DNA of 64,000 nt from Eledone cirrhosa (lineage: Eukaryota): contig OZ024740.1 in NCBI GenBank assembly GCA_964016885.1, forward strand, positions 143,778,001 through 143,842,000, read 5' to 3'. Position 1 is the first letter of the stretch; each line of letters begins with the position of its first letter. The position numbers and the translations under genes were made by a program. Shown here piece after piece: positions 36,824 through 50,411 of the stretch. The notes beneath the pieces are model-generated. The model made no database searches. It was not told where the DNA came from and saw only the letters and a program-made list of their open reading frames with translations.

Positions 36824-39700
36824 AATCGGATGATCCCATAGTTATATCGAAATATAACAGATCTTGTGGGCCTCTTTATAAATAATTCTCTACATAGAAA
36901 AATACCTGCGATAACCGGAGGTTTATATCGTGACGACATGCTTTTACTTATAGAAAATAATAACTGTGAACTAAATAGAAAAAGAAAACAAATTATACAA
37001 TTTTTTAATTACCTTAATCTAAAAGTAGAAATAGAGAATAACCATAAAATAGTTAACTTTCTTGATGTAACACTAAATCTTAACACATGTCTTCATTATC
37101 CATTTCACAAACTAAATGAGAACTTAAACTACATCAATTTTAACTCTAATCACCCCAGATCCGTTAAAAATACTATAGTGAACTCTGTACAGGAACGAAT
37201 TTCGAGAATTTCAGCTAATAAGAATATATTTGATGAAAAAGCACATTATTACAACAAAGCGTTAGGTAGAGCTGGGTATAGAAATAAAATTAAATACATC
37301 AATAATAATAATAATATAACAACTAACCATAATCGTAACAATTTTAACAACTATAATAGAAAACCTTACATTAATTCCGAAAGCGGAAAAAGAAATAGAA
37401 CTAGGAACATATTATGGTTCGCTCCTCCTTTCTCATTAAATATTAAAACCCCTATTGCTAAACTATTTTTTAAAGCTCTTGACAAATGCTTCCCTAGAAC
37501 ACATAGATATTACTCAATTTTTAATAGACATACTATAAAATTAACTTATTCTTCCACCAAAAATTTAGCGCAAAATATTAATAGAATTAATAATAGAAAT
37601 TTAAAACCTAACCAAAATACCACTAATAACCCAAGCAATATCCAATTTGATAAATGTAACTGTAGAAATAAATCTAACTGTCCGTTAAATAACAATTGCT
37701 TAGCTAAAAATATAGTATATAATTGTAATGTACAAACTAATTTAAATTCATTTAATTATGTGGGATCCACTTCCACAGAGTTTAAATCCCGCTTCAATAA
37801 TCATAAAAATTCTTTTACCAAAAATCTTCAACTTCTCTATCTAGCCTATTATGGGACCTCAAACTAGGTTGAATATTCGTTGATTTGGAATATTATTTCA
37901 AAAGCTACTCCTTTTAACTCCTCTTCAGAAAATTGTGATCTTTGTATAGAGGAAATATTCTTTATATTAAAGACCAAAAATTCCCTGAACTTAAGAAATA
38001 ATTTATTCAGTTGCTGTAGACATAGATTAAACTCAACGTTTAAATATAAATATAAATTTAAAATGTAATATATAATTAATTAATTAATTTTATTAATATA
38101 CTGAACCTGTCAATAAATCATTAGATTCCTTCATCTTTTTTGACTGATTATACACTCAAGTAAAAATAACTTTTCTTTCTAAATATAAATAAATATAATA
38201 AACTATTCTAGAGAAATATACTGAGAGCTCTTGAAAGGAGAAAATATTTCTTATATTTTTTATTTTTTATTGTTTGATAGCTTCTATTTTCGAAAGTTTA
38301 TCCTTTCAAAGTTTCTGTTTATTTCTCTTATGGATATAAAATTAAGTTAAATATACGTAGAAAATTTCTATACTAAATCTATTAAACATACTATTATTTT
38401 GAAATTATAACTTAAAATATTCTATAATATTTTAAAATTATATTGTTTTTAAAGTTATATTGCTTATAATTATACTTCCAAATCGTAATATAATTCTTTT
38501 GTATTTTATGTACTCAATTATACTATGTACTGTATTTATATATACTTCTCTCTATATGTGTGTATATATGTATATGTGTGTATTGACATACATGTACATA
38601 TGTTTTATGCGTGTATGTCTATCTGTATGTATATATATACGTGATGCATATCTACCTATTTGTGAGGGTACATATATGTATGTATATGTGGGAATTGTGT
38701 ATGTACATGTGCGTGTATATCCATACAATTCGATTGCACTTATGTATAGTGATTATCCCAAGATTCGTGACAGATAGACATATAATAACAGCCATAAATA
38801 CATAACAGGTAATCTTATAAAACTTAGATAAAAAAAATTTGTTTAATAACATTAAGTGTGTATAACATAAAATTTCCTTTAATATCTTAACAATTATAAC
38901 ATTTTATAAGATTCCTATATCTTAAATTAAATTAAAGAATCCTTTATGTTTTGTGTGTATATATTATATACGTAGTTAGATATGTATATGTATTTTATAA
39001 GTGTGTATATATATTTATATGTATGTATTTTTGCGTGTGTATACGTGTTATATAATATATAGATTAATAATATATGGATTTCTTAATATATAGATCCCAA
39101 TTTTTAATATATTGATCTCAATATTTAACTGATTAACTAAACATCTAATCATATTTAAACAATGGTTAAATTTCTCATATTATATATGTATATTCCATTC
39201 ATGATTATTAACATTTCTAATTTTATTTATTCATTTCATCTCAATTGTTAAGTTAACTCAACAAGATATGACTTAGGGTTTTCGTTCTCTCCTTTTCTCT
39301 GTCTCCTCTCTCTCTCTGTTGTTCTGTTCTTTCTCTCTCTTTCCTTCTCTATCTTTCTCTTTCTCCGTAACCCAACGGCTTATTTTAAAAATATCCAATA
39401 CTAATAATATAATTAAAGCTACAACACCACTATCCAGGAGCTTCCAACAGTAATGGTTGCATTCTTTAAGGATATGTCAATATTTATTTATAAAACTGAT
39501 CTATTATATTTTATCTGATGAAAGCACACCATAATTTAACTTGGTGTCCTTGAAATATGTATAATGAAATAAATATGGTTTTATAAATATAGTTTCCATT
39601 TGTTAATATCGTATTTTTACTCCAAATATTTGTTGAGTGCTTTATATCAGTTATAAAAATATTTGCTTGTTGTATCCCAACAATTTAAATAGAACTTTTA
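36824..39700 (+). mobile_element. Naiad-like PLE, 5'-truncated, with long 3' region
   Basis: ORFs 36866-37867 and 37880-38068: GGLYRDD, ILWFAPPFS, CNCRNKSNCPL, YVGST..FKSR..NH, CDLCIEE, CCRH. The end segment 39500-39660 is homologous to 23030-23510. Confidence 0.9.
39507..39571 (+). ncRNA. Hammerhead ribozyme in PLE pLTR
   Basis: tattttat CTGATGA aagcacacca-loop-tggtgtcctt GAAA tatgta TA atgaaata. Confidence 0.8.
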
Positions 39701-40379
39701 CATATATATGTATATATATATTTTGCGAGGTTTTTGATATGAAATCGTGTGTCGAAACAAATATTGTTATACCATTTAGAAAGCAAGTGGTGATGTTTGT
39801 TTATGTTTACTATATACATATCCCACAATGTAGCCGTTTGACAAACGTCAGCAATATATACCATTTTTAAAATAAAGTATGTGTTGGCATCAGAGAAGAC
39901 ATCTGGCCTCAAAAATCCTCATCCCGCCCACGCAAGGATGGAAAAAGTGGGTGTAAAAAATGATGAAAAAAGAAAAATGGTGAGTAACAATGTAAGCCAA
40001 ATGAAATTGTTACAACCAAGAAATGAAATCAGATTAGAGATTCAGCTAGCAATCTTACAATTACATTACTTACAGCAATCTATACTAAAGCCCAGATAAA
40101 ATTTTTGCAAAACTCAATTAATTTTTTTAAATCATTGTATTAAAAAAAATTTCATTGATATTTTTTTACTGAGAATGCCTTAAATTTATGAAGGAGAAAA
40201 ATTGGAAGTTGTTATATTCAAGTATTTTCCAAGAATATAAATGGCTTAGTGAAGCAAAAGGACTCCAACAAAGAACTGAAAGCTAGTTGTAAACTTAACT
40301 TTTCTAAAAGTTACCGAGGTATAAACATTCAAAGAACTAAGTTGCACTTTTAATTATTCTATTAGAAAACTGGTTAGAA

Positions 40380-40805
40380 TAATGATTTCTAATATACAAA
40401 TAAAATAACAACTATTTTTTCTGAGGGAAGAATTTAGTCAAATCAATCAACCCCAGAACCTGACTGCTATTTTATTGACCCAAAAAGATGACCTGAGCAG
40501 GATTTACATTCAGAACAAAAAGTGGTGAAACTAAATTACAAGGTATTTTAACCATTATAAGAGGGATTCTGCCAATTATATAATATTGATTTCTAATTTA
40601 GGCACAAGGCCAGCAAATTTGGGGGAAAGGCAAAGTTGATTAAATCAACCCCAGTAATTGACCGGTACTTTATTTTATCAACCTGAAAAAATGAAATGCA
40701 ACATTGACCATAGCAGGATTTGAACTCAGAATGTAAAGAGCCAGAACAAATACTGCAATGGCATTTTATCTAACATTCTACCAATTCTGCCAATCCACCA
40801 CCCTC
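40380..40805 (-). mobile_element. Two adjacent family-B-like SINEs
   Basis: GGATTTGAACTCAG, TATTTTATC.ACC and GGCACAAGGCCAGCAA motifs. Confidence 0.7.
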
Positions 40806-41844
40806 CTAAAAATTATATTAAAATCACTCTGGAAATAAAACAAGAATATACTGTTGTCACTAATTTTACTTGTATTATTGTTTCATTTTTTCCAGTTAGC
40901 AGAATTTGTTCCTTGGTTTATCTTAACTGAACAAATTAATCACAAGTTCAAATCTTGTAACTAACACTGAGTTCTGCTGTTGGGCAAGGTACTAATTAAA
41001 AGTAAGTATCTCTCACTTTGACCCTCCAGGGTTGTGAAGGCACTGCAGGGTGAAGCAGTGTACTACCTCCCTTCATCCATCTCTATTGCAAGCCAGGATT
41101 TTAGTTGTGAAGTCTTTATCACTCCATTCAATATCAATTGGAAAAATCATCTGGTTTTCAGTAGCCAATGAGAAAAATGTAAAATAAAAACGTCTAACAT
41201 AAGCACGAAACCACAAATGTTAGAGGAAGGAACAATTCATTAAACTTACTCTGGTTCAGAAAGATAAAAGGCAAAGTTAACCCAAGATGGATCTGAACTC
41301 AAAATACAAAGAAAGATAATTAAGTACCACACAAGAATTTGTACTGTACTCTACTGATTATGTTACTGAACATGTATGTATCTATGGACCCATAACGCCT
41401 GATGTAGTTGAAGGGGCATCATAATGACATACAGCATGTCTTAATCATTTTAAACCTGTCAGAGCCCAACCCCTCTCCAGGACTAAACATAGCTGATTTC
41501 TTCCAGAGAAGAAGAGAGGGTGAGTGATAGAAAGGATGAAAGGCAAAATTAACCTCAGCAGGAGAGTCAAAACAAATAAAGCATTCTATCCGATGTTCTA
41601 ATAACTCTACCAATTCATCACCACTACAGAGCTTAATAAAAAAAATGTAAAGTAAGGAAATCATATTTTAAAACAAATACTTGAAATATATATTTATTTG
41701 ATTACTGCCATATTTACATAATATAATTTACAAACAGAACCTTTTTTTTCATTCTACAGTTAGTCCATTTACTTTATCAAAGAGCTAGATCTGTACTTTA
41801 TGTGTGGATCATTGTCAGGACACAAGCTTCCTCTCTAGGTGTTG

Positions 41845-42400
41845 CTTCTCCTTAAATACACCATGTGTGTCTGAATGTGTCTCCTTAAATATACCATGTG
41901 CCTGAATGTGTCTCCTTAAATATACCGTGTGTGCCTGAATGTGTCTCCTTAAATATACCATGTGTGTCTGAATGTGTCTCCTTAAATACACTATGTTTGT
42001 TTGTATGTGGCTCCTTAACTACACTATGTTTGTTTGTATGTGACTCCTTAACTACACTATGTGTTTGTATGTGACTCCTTAAATACACTATGTTTGTATG
42101 TGGCTCCTTAAATACACTATGTGTTTGTATGTGTCTCCTTAAATACACTATGTGTTTGTATGTGTCTCCATGTGTGCCTGTATGTCTCCTTAAATACACC
42201 ATGTCTCAGTTTATGTCTCCTTAAATACACCATGTGTGTCTGTTTATGTTTCCCTGAATACACCATCTGTCTCTGTGTGAGTCTCCCTAAATACATCATG
42301 TGGTGTGTGTATGTTTCTATATGTGTCTCCTTAAATACACTGTGTGTTTGTATGTATCACCATGTGTGTCTGTATGTGTCTCCCTAAATACACCATGTGT
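41845..42400. repeat. ~30-bp minisatellite
   Basis: Unit approximately TCTCCTTAAATACAC(C/T)ATGTGT(G/T)TGTATGTG, ~18 diverged copies. Confidence 0.93.
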
Positions 42401-42511
42401 ATTCATATTTACTGCCATTCTTATCAAAATATTTGGTCAGTAATAGAATATCCATCTTAATTACCTACCCACTTGGTATGTTAACTGTCCATAGATATCT
42501 CATCTTGGTAT

Positions 42512-42517
42512 TTTATT
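42512..42517 (-). terminator. Candidate polyadenylation signal of MRPS7
   Basis: AATAAA ~80 nt after the stop codon; an alternative lies at 41693-41698. Confidence 0.4.
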
Positions 42518-42596
42518 GCAATTACTCCAAACTATTGCAACACAGACATAGCAATTTTGATTAAGCATTCAACTTTTCTTTTCTTACTTTTTCTTT

Positions 42597-42674
42597 TTAC
42601 CAACGAAAATGTGCATATGCTTTATTGGCTTCACATTGCCGGTGAAGTTCTTGTTTCTTAAGTATTGTGCGCCC
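42597..42674 (-). CDS. MRPS7: Mitochondrial ribosomal protein S7, last exon
   Basis: ttacag|GRTILKKQELHRQCEANKAYAHFRW*; matches the uS7 C-terminal EANRA.AH.RW motif. Confidence 0.95.
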   Translation of the reverse strand, partial: GRTILKKQELHRQCEANKAYAHFRW

Positions 42675-43158
42675 CTGTAAAAGAGAAAGATTCACATAAG
42701 CTTTTTATAAATTGTTTAATTTTGTTTACTATTTCTTTTGTAGCCCTAACACCATTACCCATTACTAGCATCCAGTACTGATGCCAGGTTCTCTCCTCAC
42801 TTACATTTTTGCAACAGACATTGACCTGCAGATGTCCTGGCAGGACATTGGCAACAAAAATTTACAAGATCTACAAGAGCCTAGAAAAAACTTTAAGCAA
42901 AAATTTAACTATTGTAACTACTTCATTAAAAAAAAGGTTGGTATTCAGTTAAACTGACATGACATCTGTGAGTTACTAGACTATAAGACACATCATAAAT
43001 TCAAACTTTTGTATACCTTTTACGTTGTGTAGCAAATAAGGCACATAACAAGCTCATTTGAGTTATTTCCCTTACTTTATTTTATTTAAAAATTTTTTTG
43101 TAGTTAATCTAGTTGAACAAACAGAAAAAAAATGAATAAAATAATAAAGTTGACATAC

Positions 43159-43296
43159 CTCAAAATTGTAAGCAGCTAAGATCTCTATAGACAACTTATT
43201 TGCCATACTCGATTTCCATTCTTTGTCTCGACAATTCTGAACCAGCCATTTCATTGCCAAAAATGACTGCTTTTTTGGAGGACAGGCTATAGGTAC
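43159..43296 (-). CDS. MRPS7: MRPS7 exon 5
   Basis: ag|VPIACPPKKQSFLAMKWLVQNCRDKEWKSSMANKLSIEILAAYNFE|gtatgt, 138 nt. Confidence 0.95.
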
Positions 43297-44067
43297 CTAA
43301 AATTGTTTCATAAAAACAATTACCAATGACATAATCCTTTTGTTGCTATATTTCTAATGAAAAATAACCTATGATTTTCAATTAAGATTTAAAATAAACA
43401 AGAATTAAGACAGATTTAGCAACTGGTAATTGGAACTGATATTAAGCCGGCGTTTGGAACAAAACTAAAATGTTCTTACATAAAATTATGAAGGAATTTA
43501 GATAAATATAATCTCTTTAAAACAAGCAGCTTTGTATCATTAAACCAGGGCTGCTTTCGGGCAGTTTGGTATCAAAAGGGTTAATGCATTAATTTCCAAC
43601 ACAGAAGGTTTAGAATAAGTACACCATATCCCTGTATATCATAAGCAGCTAAAAGGTTTTGTATCAGGAAGGGCAAAACATTGCCTCAAAATTCCTGTCC
43701 TACCCATGCCAGCAATGTGATGATGATGATCAATGAGAGAAATGGGAAGTAATAAGAGAGCAAGCTTAAAGTAAATGCAGATGACAACATTAGACCAAAA
43801 CAAGTAAACCAAATGGTATACTCAAAACAGTAGAGTTTTCTTAATTTGATAATAAAATAGATGTAAACACTAGTGAATCAGTAATTATGGTGATCTTGAA
43901 AAGTTAGAGCTTCCTTTTATTTTAACTTTTAATGTCCTGTACCACATAAAACTGCATTAGCAAGAAATATTTTTAAACTAAGAAGCAGCACTATAACTGC
44001 ATCACATTAAAAATTAAAATCTTTACTTTACTGCAAATCTTCACTATTATCTGTCTACAGGTAAAGA

Positions 44068-46505
44068 TCATCATCATCATTTTACGTCCGCTTTTGCCTG
44101 CTTGCAAGGGTGGGATGGGTCTTATTCAGCACAGCATCTCTCCACTTGTCACGGTCCTTCATCATCTCCACCGTGAGCTTCAGCGATCTGAGGTCTGTTC
44201 TCACCACCTCCGCCCATGTTTTTCGTCGTCTACCTCTACCACATCTTCCTTCAACTAGCATTTCCTGGCACTTCTTCACCCATCGGTCATCCTCCATGCA
44301 CATCACATGTCCATACCACCTCAGCCTCCTCTCTCGCACACTACATTCTATCTCTCTCAGACAGTTTCTCTCTCAATACATTTATGCTGGGTCGTTCACG
44401 CACATTTACACTGCACATCCAACGGAACATGCTTGCCTCATTTCTCTCCAGCCATCGCATATCCTCTGTAGTTGCTGCCCATGTCTCACTACCATACAGC
44501 ATCGCGCTCCTTACACAGGCATCATATAACTGGCCTTTCGTACGCAGGGAGAAACCCTTCTTCGTCAGCAGAGGAAGCAGCTCCCTAAACTTCTTCCAAC
44601 CCATCCTTATTCTAGATACTATGGCCTCGGAACACCCCCCCCCCCCCCCATACTAATCTGATTTCCTAGGTACCGGAAGTTATCCACCACTTCTATAGCA
44701 CCCGTCTGCATTTGAAAAATGTGTCTATCAATGCGACTTCTACTGTCTAATTTCCCTGTACATCTACTACATACGTATTTCTCCCTACCTCTTAGTATGC
44801 CTGCTATCCCACTACATCTCTTATGTATTTAGGATCTGCATTGTGTGCATTTTATAGAATTTATGCCAGTTCCTTTTTTGCATATCGAACATGGCCATTT
44901 CCCTGACGGAATCAGAGTTTTGTCCTCTTTTCTACTCATCAACACTTTTGTCTTAGCTAGGTTCACTCTCAGTCCTCTTGCTTCCAACTGCTGTTTCCAT
45001 AGCCAGAATTTATTCTCTAGCTCCTCTACTGATTCTGCTATAAGAACCAGATCGTCAGCATAGAGAAGTTCCCATGGACAGCCAGTCTTAAACTCCTCTG
45101 TTATGGCTTGGAGGACTATAATGAACAAGAGCGGGCTGAGGACTGAACCTTGATGTACTCCTACTTGTATCTGGAATTCTTCACTAAACTCCATTCCTAC
45201 CCTGACTTTACTGACAGTACCTCTGTACAAAGTTTGCACTGTCTTCAGAAGCCATTCTCAACACCTAGTTTCCTTAGGGACCACCAGATGACAGATCAGG
45301 GTACCCTATCAAAGGCCTTCTCTAGGTCAACAAAGGCTAAGTATAGTGGCTTATTTTTCTCTAAGAACCTCTCTTGTAATTGTCTCACCAAGAAGAGGCA
45401 TTGTTGTACTCTGCCCAGGCACAAAACCAAACTGCATCTCATCTAGTTTGACCCTTTCTCTAATTAGTTGTGCTAATATCCTTTCTGCCACTTTCATAAC
45501 CTGATCCATCAGTTTTATACCCCTATAATTGCTCCTCTCCAGAGCATCCCCTTTACCTTTGTATCAATTTATGAGAATACTGCTGCACCAGTCTTTGGGT
45601 ATGACACCACCATATATAGCCTGATTGATGATGCGTGCAACCAGTTTAGTGCCTACGTCCCCTGATGCCTTCAGCATCTCAGCAACTATCCCCGATGGTC
45701 CAGCAGCCTTACCATTTTTCATTTCCTTAATCGCCTCTTGGACCCTATATTCGTCAATCTCAATAGCTGGTCCCTCTGTCGGATCTACTGAGGGTAATTT
45801 CTCTCTCCCATTCGTTCTCCACATTCATCAGTCTCTCATAATGACATTTCCAGGCCTCCTTTTTCTGATCATTCGTGACACTAAGTACACCGGCATCATT
45901 CCGGACACATTTATCACCAACAACATCCTGATTTGCATTGACACACTGCCTTGTAATGTGGAACACCACATGCCTCTGATCTTCCCATCGCAGAACATTG
46001 GCAAACCTCCTACTCTCAGCCTCCCTGCGTGCTAAGTACACCTGACGTCTAGCTTCTCTCTTAACGGCTGTATATCCTTCTCTACTCCCACCCTTTTTCC
46101 AAGCCTTCCATGCTAGTCTTTTCTCTCTAATGGCCTTATTTACTGTGCCGTTCCACCACCAGGTCACTCTCTGTCTGGTTGGAGCTCTGCTCCAGCCACA
46201 AGTTTCATCAGTAGCCTGCAGTAAGTTGTCACGCAAGAAATTCCAGTTATTATCTATGTCATACATCTTTAAATCGTCTTCTTTTTCGTCATACACATCT
46301 TGAAGGGCTTTCCTAAATTTGTATTTTAGTAAAAGGTCTTTTAGCTTCCAGACCTTTCTTCTCCACACCTTCCTGTATGTCTCATTCCATCTCTTGCTTA
46401 CTGATATATCACTAACGACTAACCTATGCTGTGGGGTACATTCTTCCCCAGGGTATGCCTTGGTATTAGACACCATCTGCCTGTCCCGCTGCCTAACTAG
46501 TAAGA
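44068..46505 (-). mobile_element. RTE LINE (end of EN through 3' tail) in MRPS7 intron
   Basis: QHRLVV, GVHQGSVLSPLLF, YADD, PHD insert, GRRRKTW and a (GAT)n tail. Confidence 0.92.
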
Positions 46506-47080
46506 AGATATATAAAGATATATAAGAAGATATTATAAACATTTGAACTAACAAACCAGTTTTGAGATATTTTCTGCTAAGTCATTACATGATGTTAATC
46601 CTACATCATCAAATCTCATTTCATCTGTACAAAGATGACCCAAAAGACCATGTTGTCAAAGCCCTGTTTCTAAAATACTACAATCTAAAAAATATAACCA
46701 ATTTAAAAATTGCTAGCTTTCTATGATGCTGAACAATAATAGAACTGCACCCATCACTCAGAATCGAACATAACTTGATAGCATATATTATGCTTTCACT
46801 AAGGGTTTTAGATGCCCATGTAGTCGCAAATAGACACAGACATCTTCTCGACCCTCCTTCCTTTGATCCAACAGAACATCCAGAAGGGGGCAGCTGGAAG
46901 GAAAGAATGTTGTACCAGCACTAAGATGGTACTTTCTTTATCGACTCCGAAAGGATAAAAGGTAAAGTGGATCTTGGCAGAAGTTGAACTTAGAACGCAG
47001 AGAACCAGAATAAACATAAAACTATGTTTACATTAAACACTTTGACAAAGTAATGAAGGAATAACTATCTTTATACTTAC

Positions 47081-47248
47081 ATTGTATCGGACACCACCTT
47101 TATGCACCTTCATTAGATATAGAACTGGTTTGCAATTTTCTAGGGCTTCATGAAATATTGTAACTGGATTTAATTCAATTTCAACTTTTGCTTCCTCTGA
47201 GGTTGTGTGATATTTTTCCAGCTGGGATGTTTTTATTTTCTCCAACAT
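47081..47248 (-). CDS. MRPS7: MRPS7 exon 4
   Basis: ag|MLEKIKTSQLEKYH...ELNPVTIFHEALENCKP...KGGVRYN|gtaagt, 168 nt. Confidence 0.95.
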
Positions 47249-47689
47249 CTAAAATAAATTAACACTTCATTAAGTTATTGTTGCTTTTAATCTGTTTTCC
47301 TAAATTGACATAGGTAGAATATTTTTTTCACATTTAAACATTTGCAGATCTTTCAAAAAGAAAAAATATTTACATCTTAATGTATTTTTTTACTACTAAA
47401 TATTCAGAAATAGCAGTGAAAGAATTTTATTTTGTAGATTTGAATTTGTATCAAAACCAATAAACCAGCCCTCTAACCTCACAACCACTATTCTTCTAAG
47501 CACTACTAACAATTCTTTCTCCATATCTATCATATTAAATAGTAATATAGTGGTAATAATGCAAGGCTACATGTACTGTTATGTCATTATCATCATCATT
47601 GATTTTTATGTCTCCTTTTCTGTGCTGGCATGGAGGTGGTGGGTGGGATATTTAGATAGAAAAAGCAGAGGAATATGAAGACTAGGGAA

Positions 47690-48735
47690 GGCGAATGGAG
47701 GCAGAGTCCTCAAACACTCCTTCCAGCGGGTCCTGTTAGAAGCAACCACCTCCAACTGATATGGCTGAATCCCCAAGTGAGACCAGCCAAGTTCATGGAT
47801 GTTATCCAGCCATCTTGCTTGGGGTTTAACACTGGGTCTCCTATCGGTTGGTTTTGCCCATAAAATCTGTCCAGCAATTCTTTCCTGAGACATTCTAACC
47901 ACATGCCCATTGTATCGGATCTGTAGATCTCTCAATTCAGAGAAGTAGCAACTCTACCTGGAGTGACTCTCTGATCTACGAGCTATGCATTTTATCAAGT
48001 AACGTTACTTCAAAGACCCATCAGAGGAACCCCATTTCGGCTGCTTGTATTCACGATTGTATTTTCAGTCATTACCCAAGATTCATGATCATAGATAAGA
48101 GTTGTCATGAATATCGAATTGAAGATAGCAAGTTTGGCTTTTACACCTACCTGATTACCAAATGCTGAAGCTGGTGCATTACTGCACCAGCTCCTGCAAT
48201 TCTTGCACTTAATTCAGCCTCCTGCCTTCCATCACTCGTCAACACAAACCCGAGATACTTAAACTTTTCTACCTGTTTCAGTGGAACTCCATTCACACGT
48301 AGAATGCACTGTCCTTGAGAGGACGAGTGTCTCAGTTTTCAAAGCACTGATTTTCATTCCAGCCATACAGCACTCAGCATCAAATCTATCAAGTGCAAGT
48401 CGAAGACCATTTTCTGTCGAGTTAAGTAACACCATGTCATCTGCAAATTCCAGCCAACTGATTTTACACCTGCTAGTCATGATACCACTTCCAACCGGGC
48501 TGTGTATGTCAATCTTGTTCATGTAAATAACAAATAGGAGAGGTGACAGTACACGCCCTTGGCGGAGTTCGACTCCCACATTGAATGGTTTTGATTTAGC
48601 ACCATTTATCTGAACGCAAATACTCGGGTATTCATATAGAAACATCCGGGTAGCAAGTAGCTGAACATCAAACCCATACTCCTGCACAACCTTCCACAGC
48701 AGTTCCCAAGGAATGAAGTAAAATGCCTTTTTTTA
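47690..48735 (-). mobile_element. RTE LINE RT fragment, third family
   Basis: LRQG.VLSPLLF, FADD, KTETLV, KYLG, TLIYDHESW; a related copy lies at 60540-60870. Confidence 0.85.
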
Positions 48736-48739
48736 GTCA

Positions 48740-49945
48740 GGCAACAAGAGAAGTTCTTAGCCAAAAATAAGCCATTGTACCTAGCTTTTGTTGATCAAGA
48801 AAAAACCTTTGACAGAGTATCCCAATCTATTATCTGATGATCCTTAAGGAAATTAAGTGTAGAAGAATGATTTTGAGAGCAGTACAAGCCATGAGGAATT
48901 CAAGGTACAAGTAAGAGTTTATCAAGGTTCAGGACTTAGCCCATAACAGAGGGGTTTAGAACTGGCTGTCCATGGGAACTGCTCTATGCAGATGATTTGG
49001 TCCTTATAGCCGAATCCATTAAAGAACTAGAAAATAAGTTCCAACTATAAATAAAAACAGAATTTAGAATCAAAAGTTCTGAGAGTAAACTTAGCCAAAG
49101 CTAAAGGGTTAGTGAGTAAGAGAAAAGATAGGACCCTGATTTCTTCAGAGAAGTGGCCCTGCTTAATATGTAGAAAGGGAATAGGTATAAACTCCATATG
49201 ATGTACACAATGTTAATCTTAGGTACACAAGAGATGTAAAGGTATAACAGGTAGACTAACAGGAAGGGAAAACTTTGTTTGTAGAAGATGCTCAGGAGTA
49301 ACCGAGGGGAAAAGAGCCACTGATGTAAACCTATTTCAGACACAGGAAGGACCCATAAAAGTGGTTGATAGCTTCTTCTATCTAAGTGACGTAATTAGCA
49401 ATAGAGGAGGGTGCTCTGAGAGGCTTGTAGCTAGAATAAGGATAGGATGGAAAAAGTTCAGATTGCTACTCTCACAGTTGACCAAAAAAGGTTTCTCCCT
49501 ACGTACAAAAGGATGACTGTATGATGCTTGTGAATGAAGTGCGATGCTGCATGGTAGTGAAACATGGGCTGCAAAGGACATGTAGACTGGAGAGAAATGA
49601 AGCAACCATGCTCCGTTGGATGTGCAATGTAAGTGTGAGAGAAAGGCAGAGCTTGGACGAGTTGAGAGGTTGGGTTTAAGAATCCAAGGTGGTGTTCAGG
49701 AGAGAAGACTGCATTGGCATGGACAATGATCATTGGGTGAAGAAGTGCCAGGAAATGCCAGTAGAAGGAAGCCATTGTAGAGTTAAACCAAGAAAGACCT
49801 GGGCAAAGGTTGTGAGAGCTGACTTCAAATCACTGAGACTCACAGAGGAGATAACATAGGATCATGAGTGAAGAGATGTTGTGCTGAGGACCCATCCAAC
49901 CCATGCAAGCATGGAAAAACGGACATAAAAATGATGATGATGATA
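48740..49945 (+). mobile_element. RTE LINE 3' half, degenerate
   Basis: LAFVD, WELLYADD, GWKKF..GFSLRTKG and a (GAT)n tail; same subfamily as 44068-46505. Confidence 0.88.
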
Positions 49946-50411
49946 ATATATGATCATCTAACTCATGCTAGCATGGAAAATGGACGTTAAACGATGACGA
50001 TGATGATATATTGTCATTACCGTTTACGTCTATTTTCCATGTTTGCATGGGTTAGACAGCTGTCACATGCTCGTAGGCTTAATCTTGGCTTGGTTTCTAC
50101 AGCTGAATGCCCTTCCTAATGCAAACCACTTTACAGTGTACTGGGAGCATGGTTTCTATGACTGGATGCCTTTCCAACCAATTTATAGCATGTCCTGGGA
50201 GCATTTTATTGTAACTACAGCACAACCACTTTACAGGGTTAACTGGATGATTTTTGTTGTGACACCAACACAACCTCCTCACAGTGAGGACTGGGTACTT
50301 TCATCATGGCACCAACACTACCACCATACAGGGTGGACTGGGTGCTTTTGTCATAGCACCAACACTACCTCATTATGTGAGGTGATATATAGAGAGAAAG
50401 ATGTTGAATGA

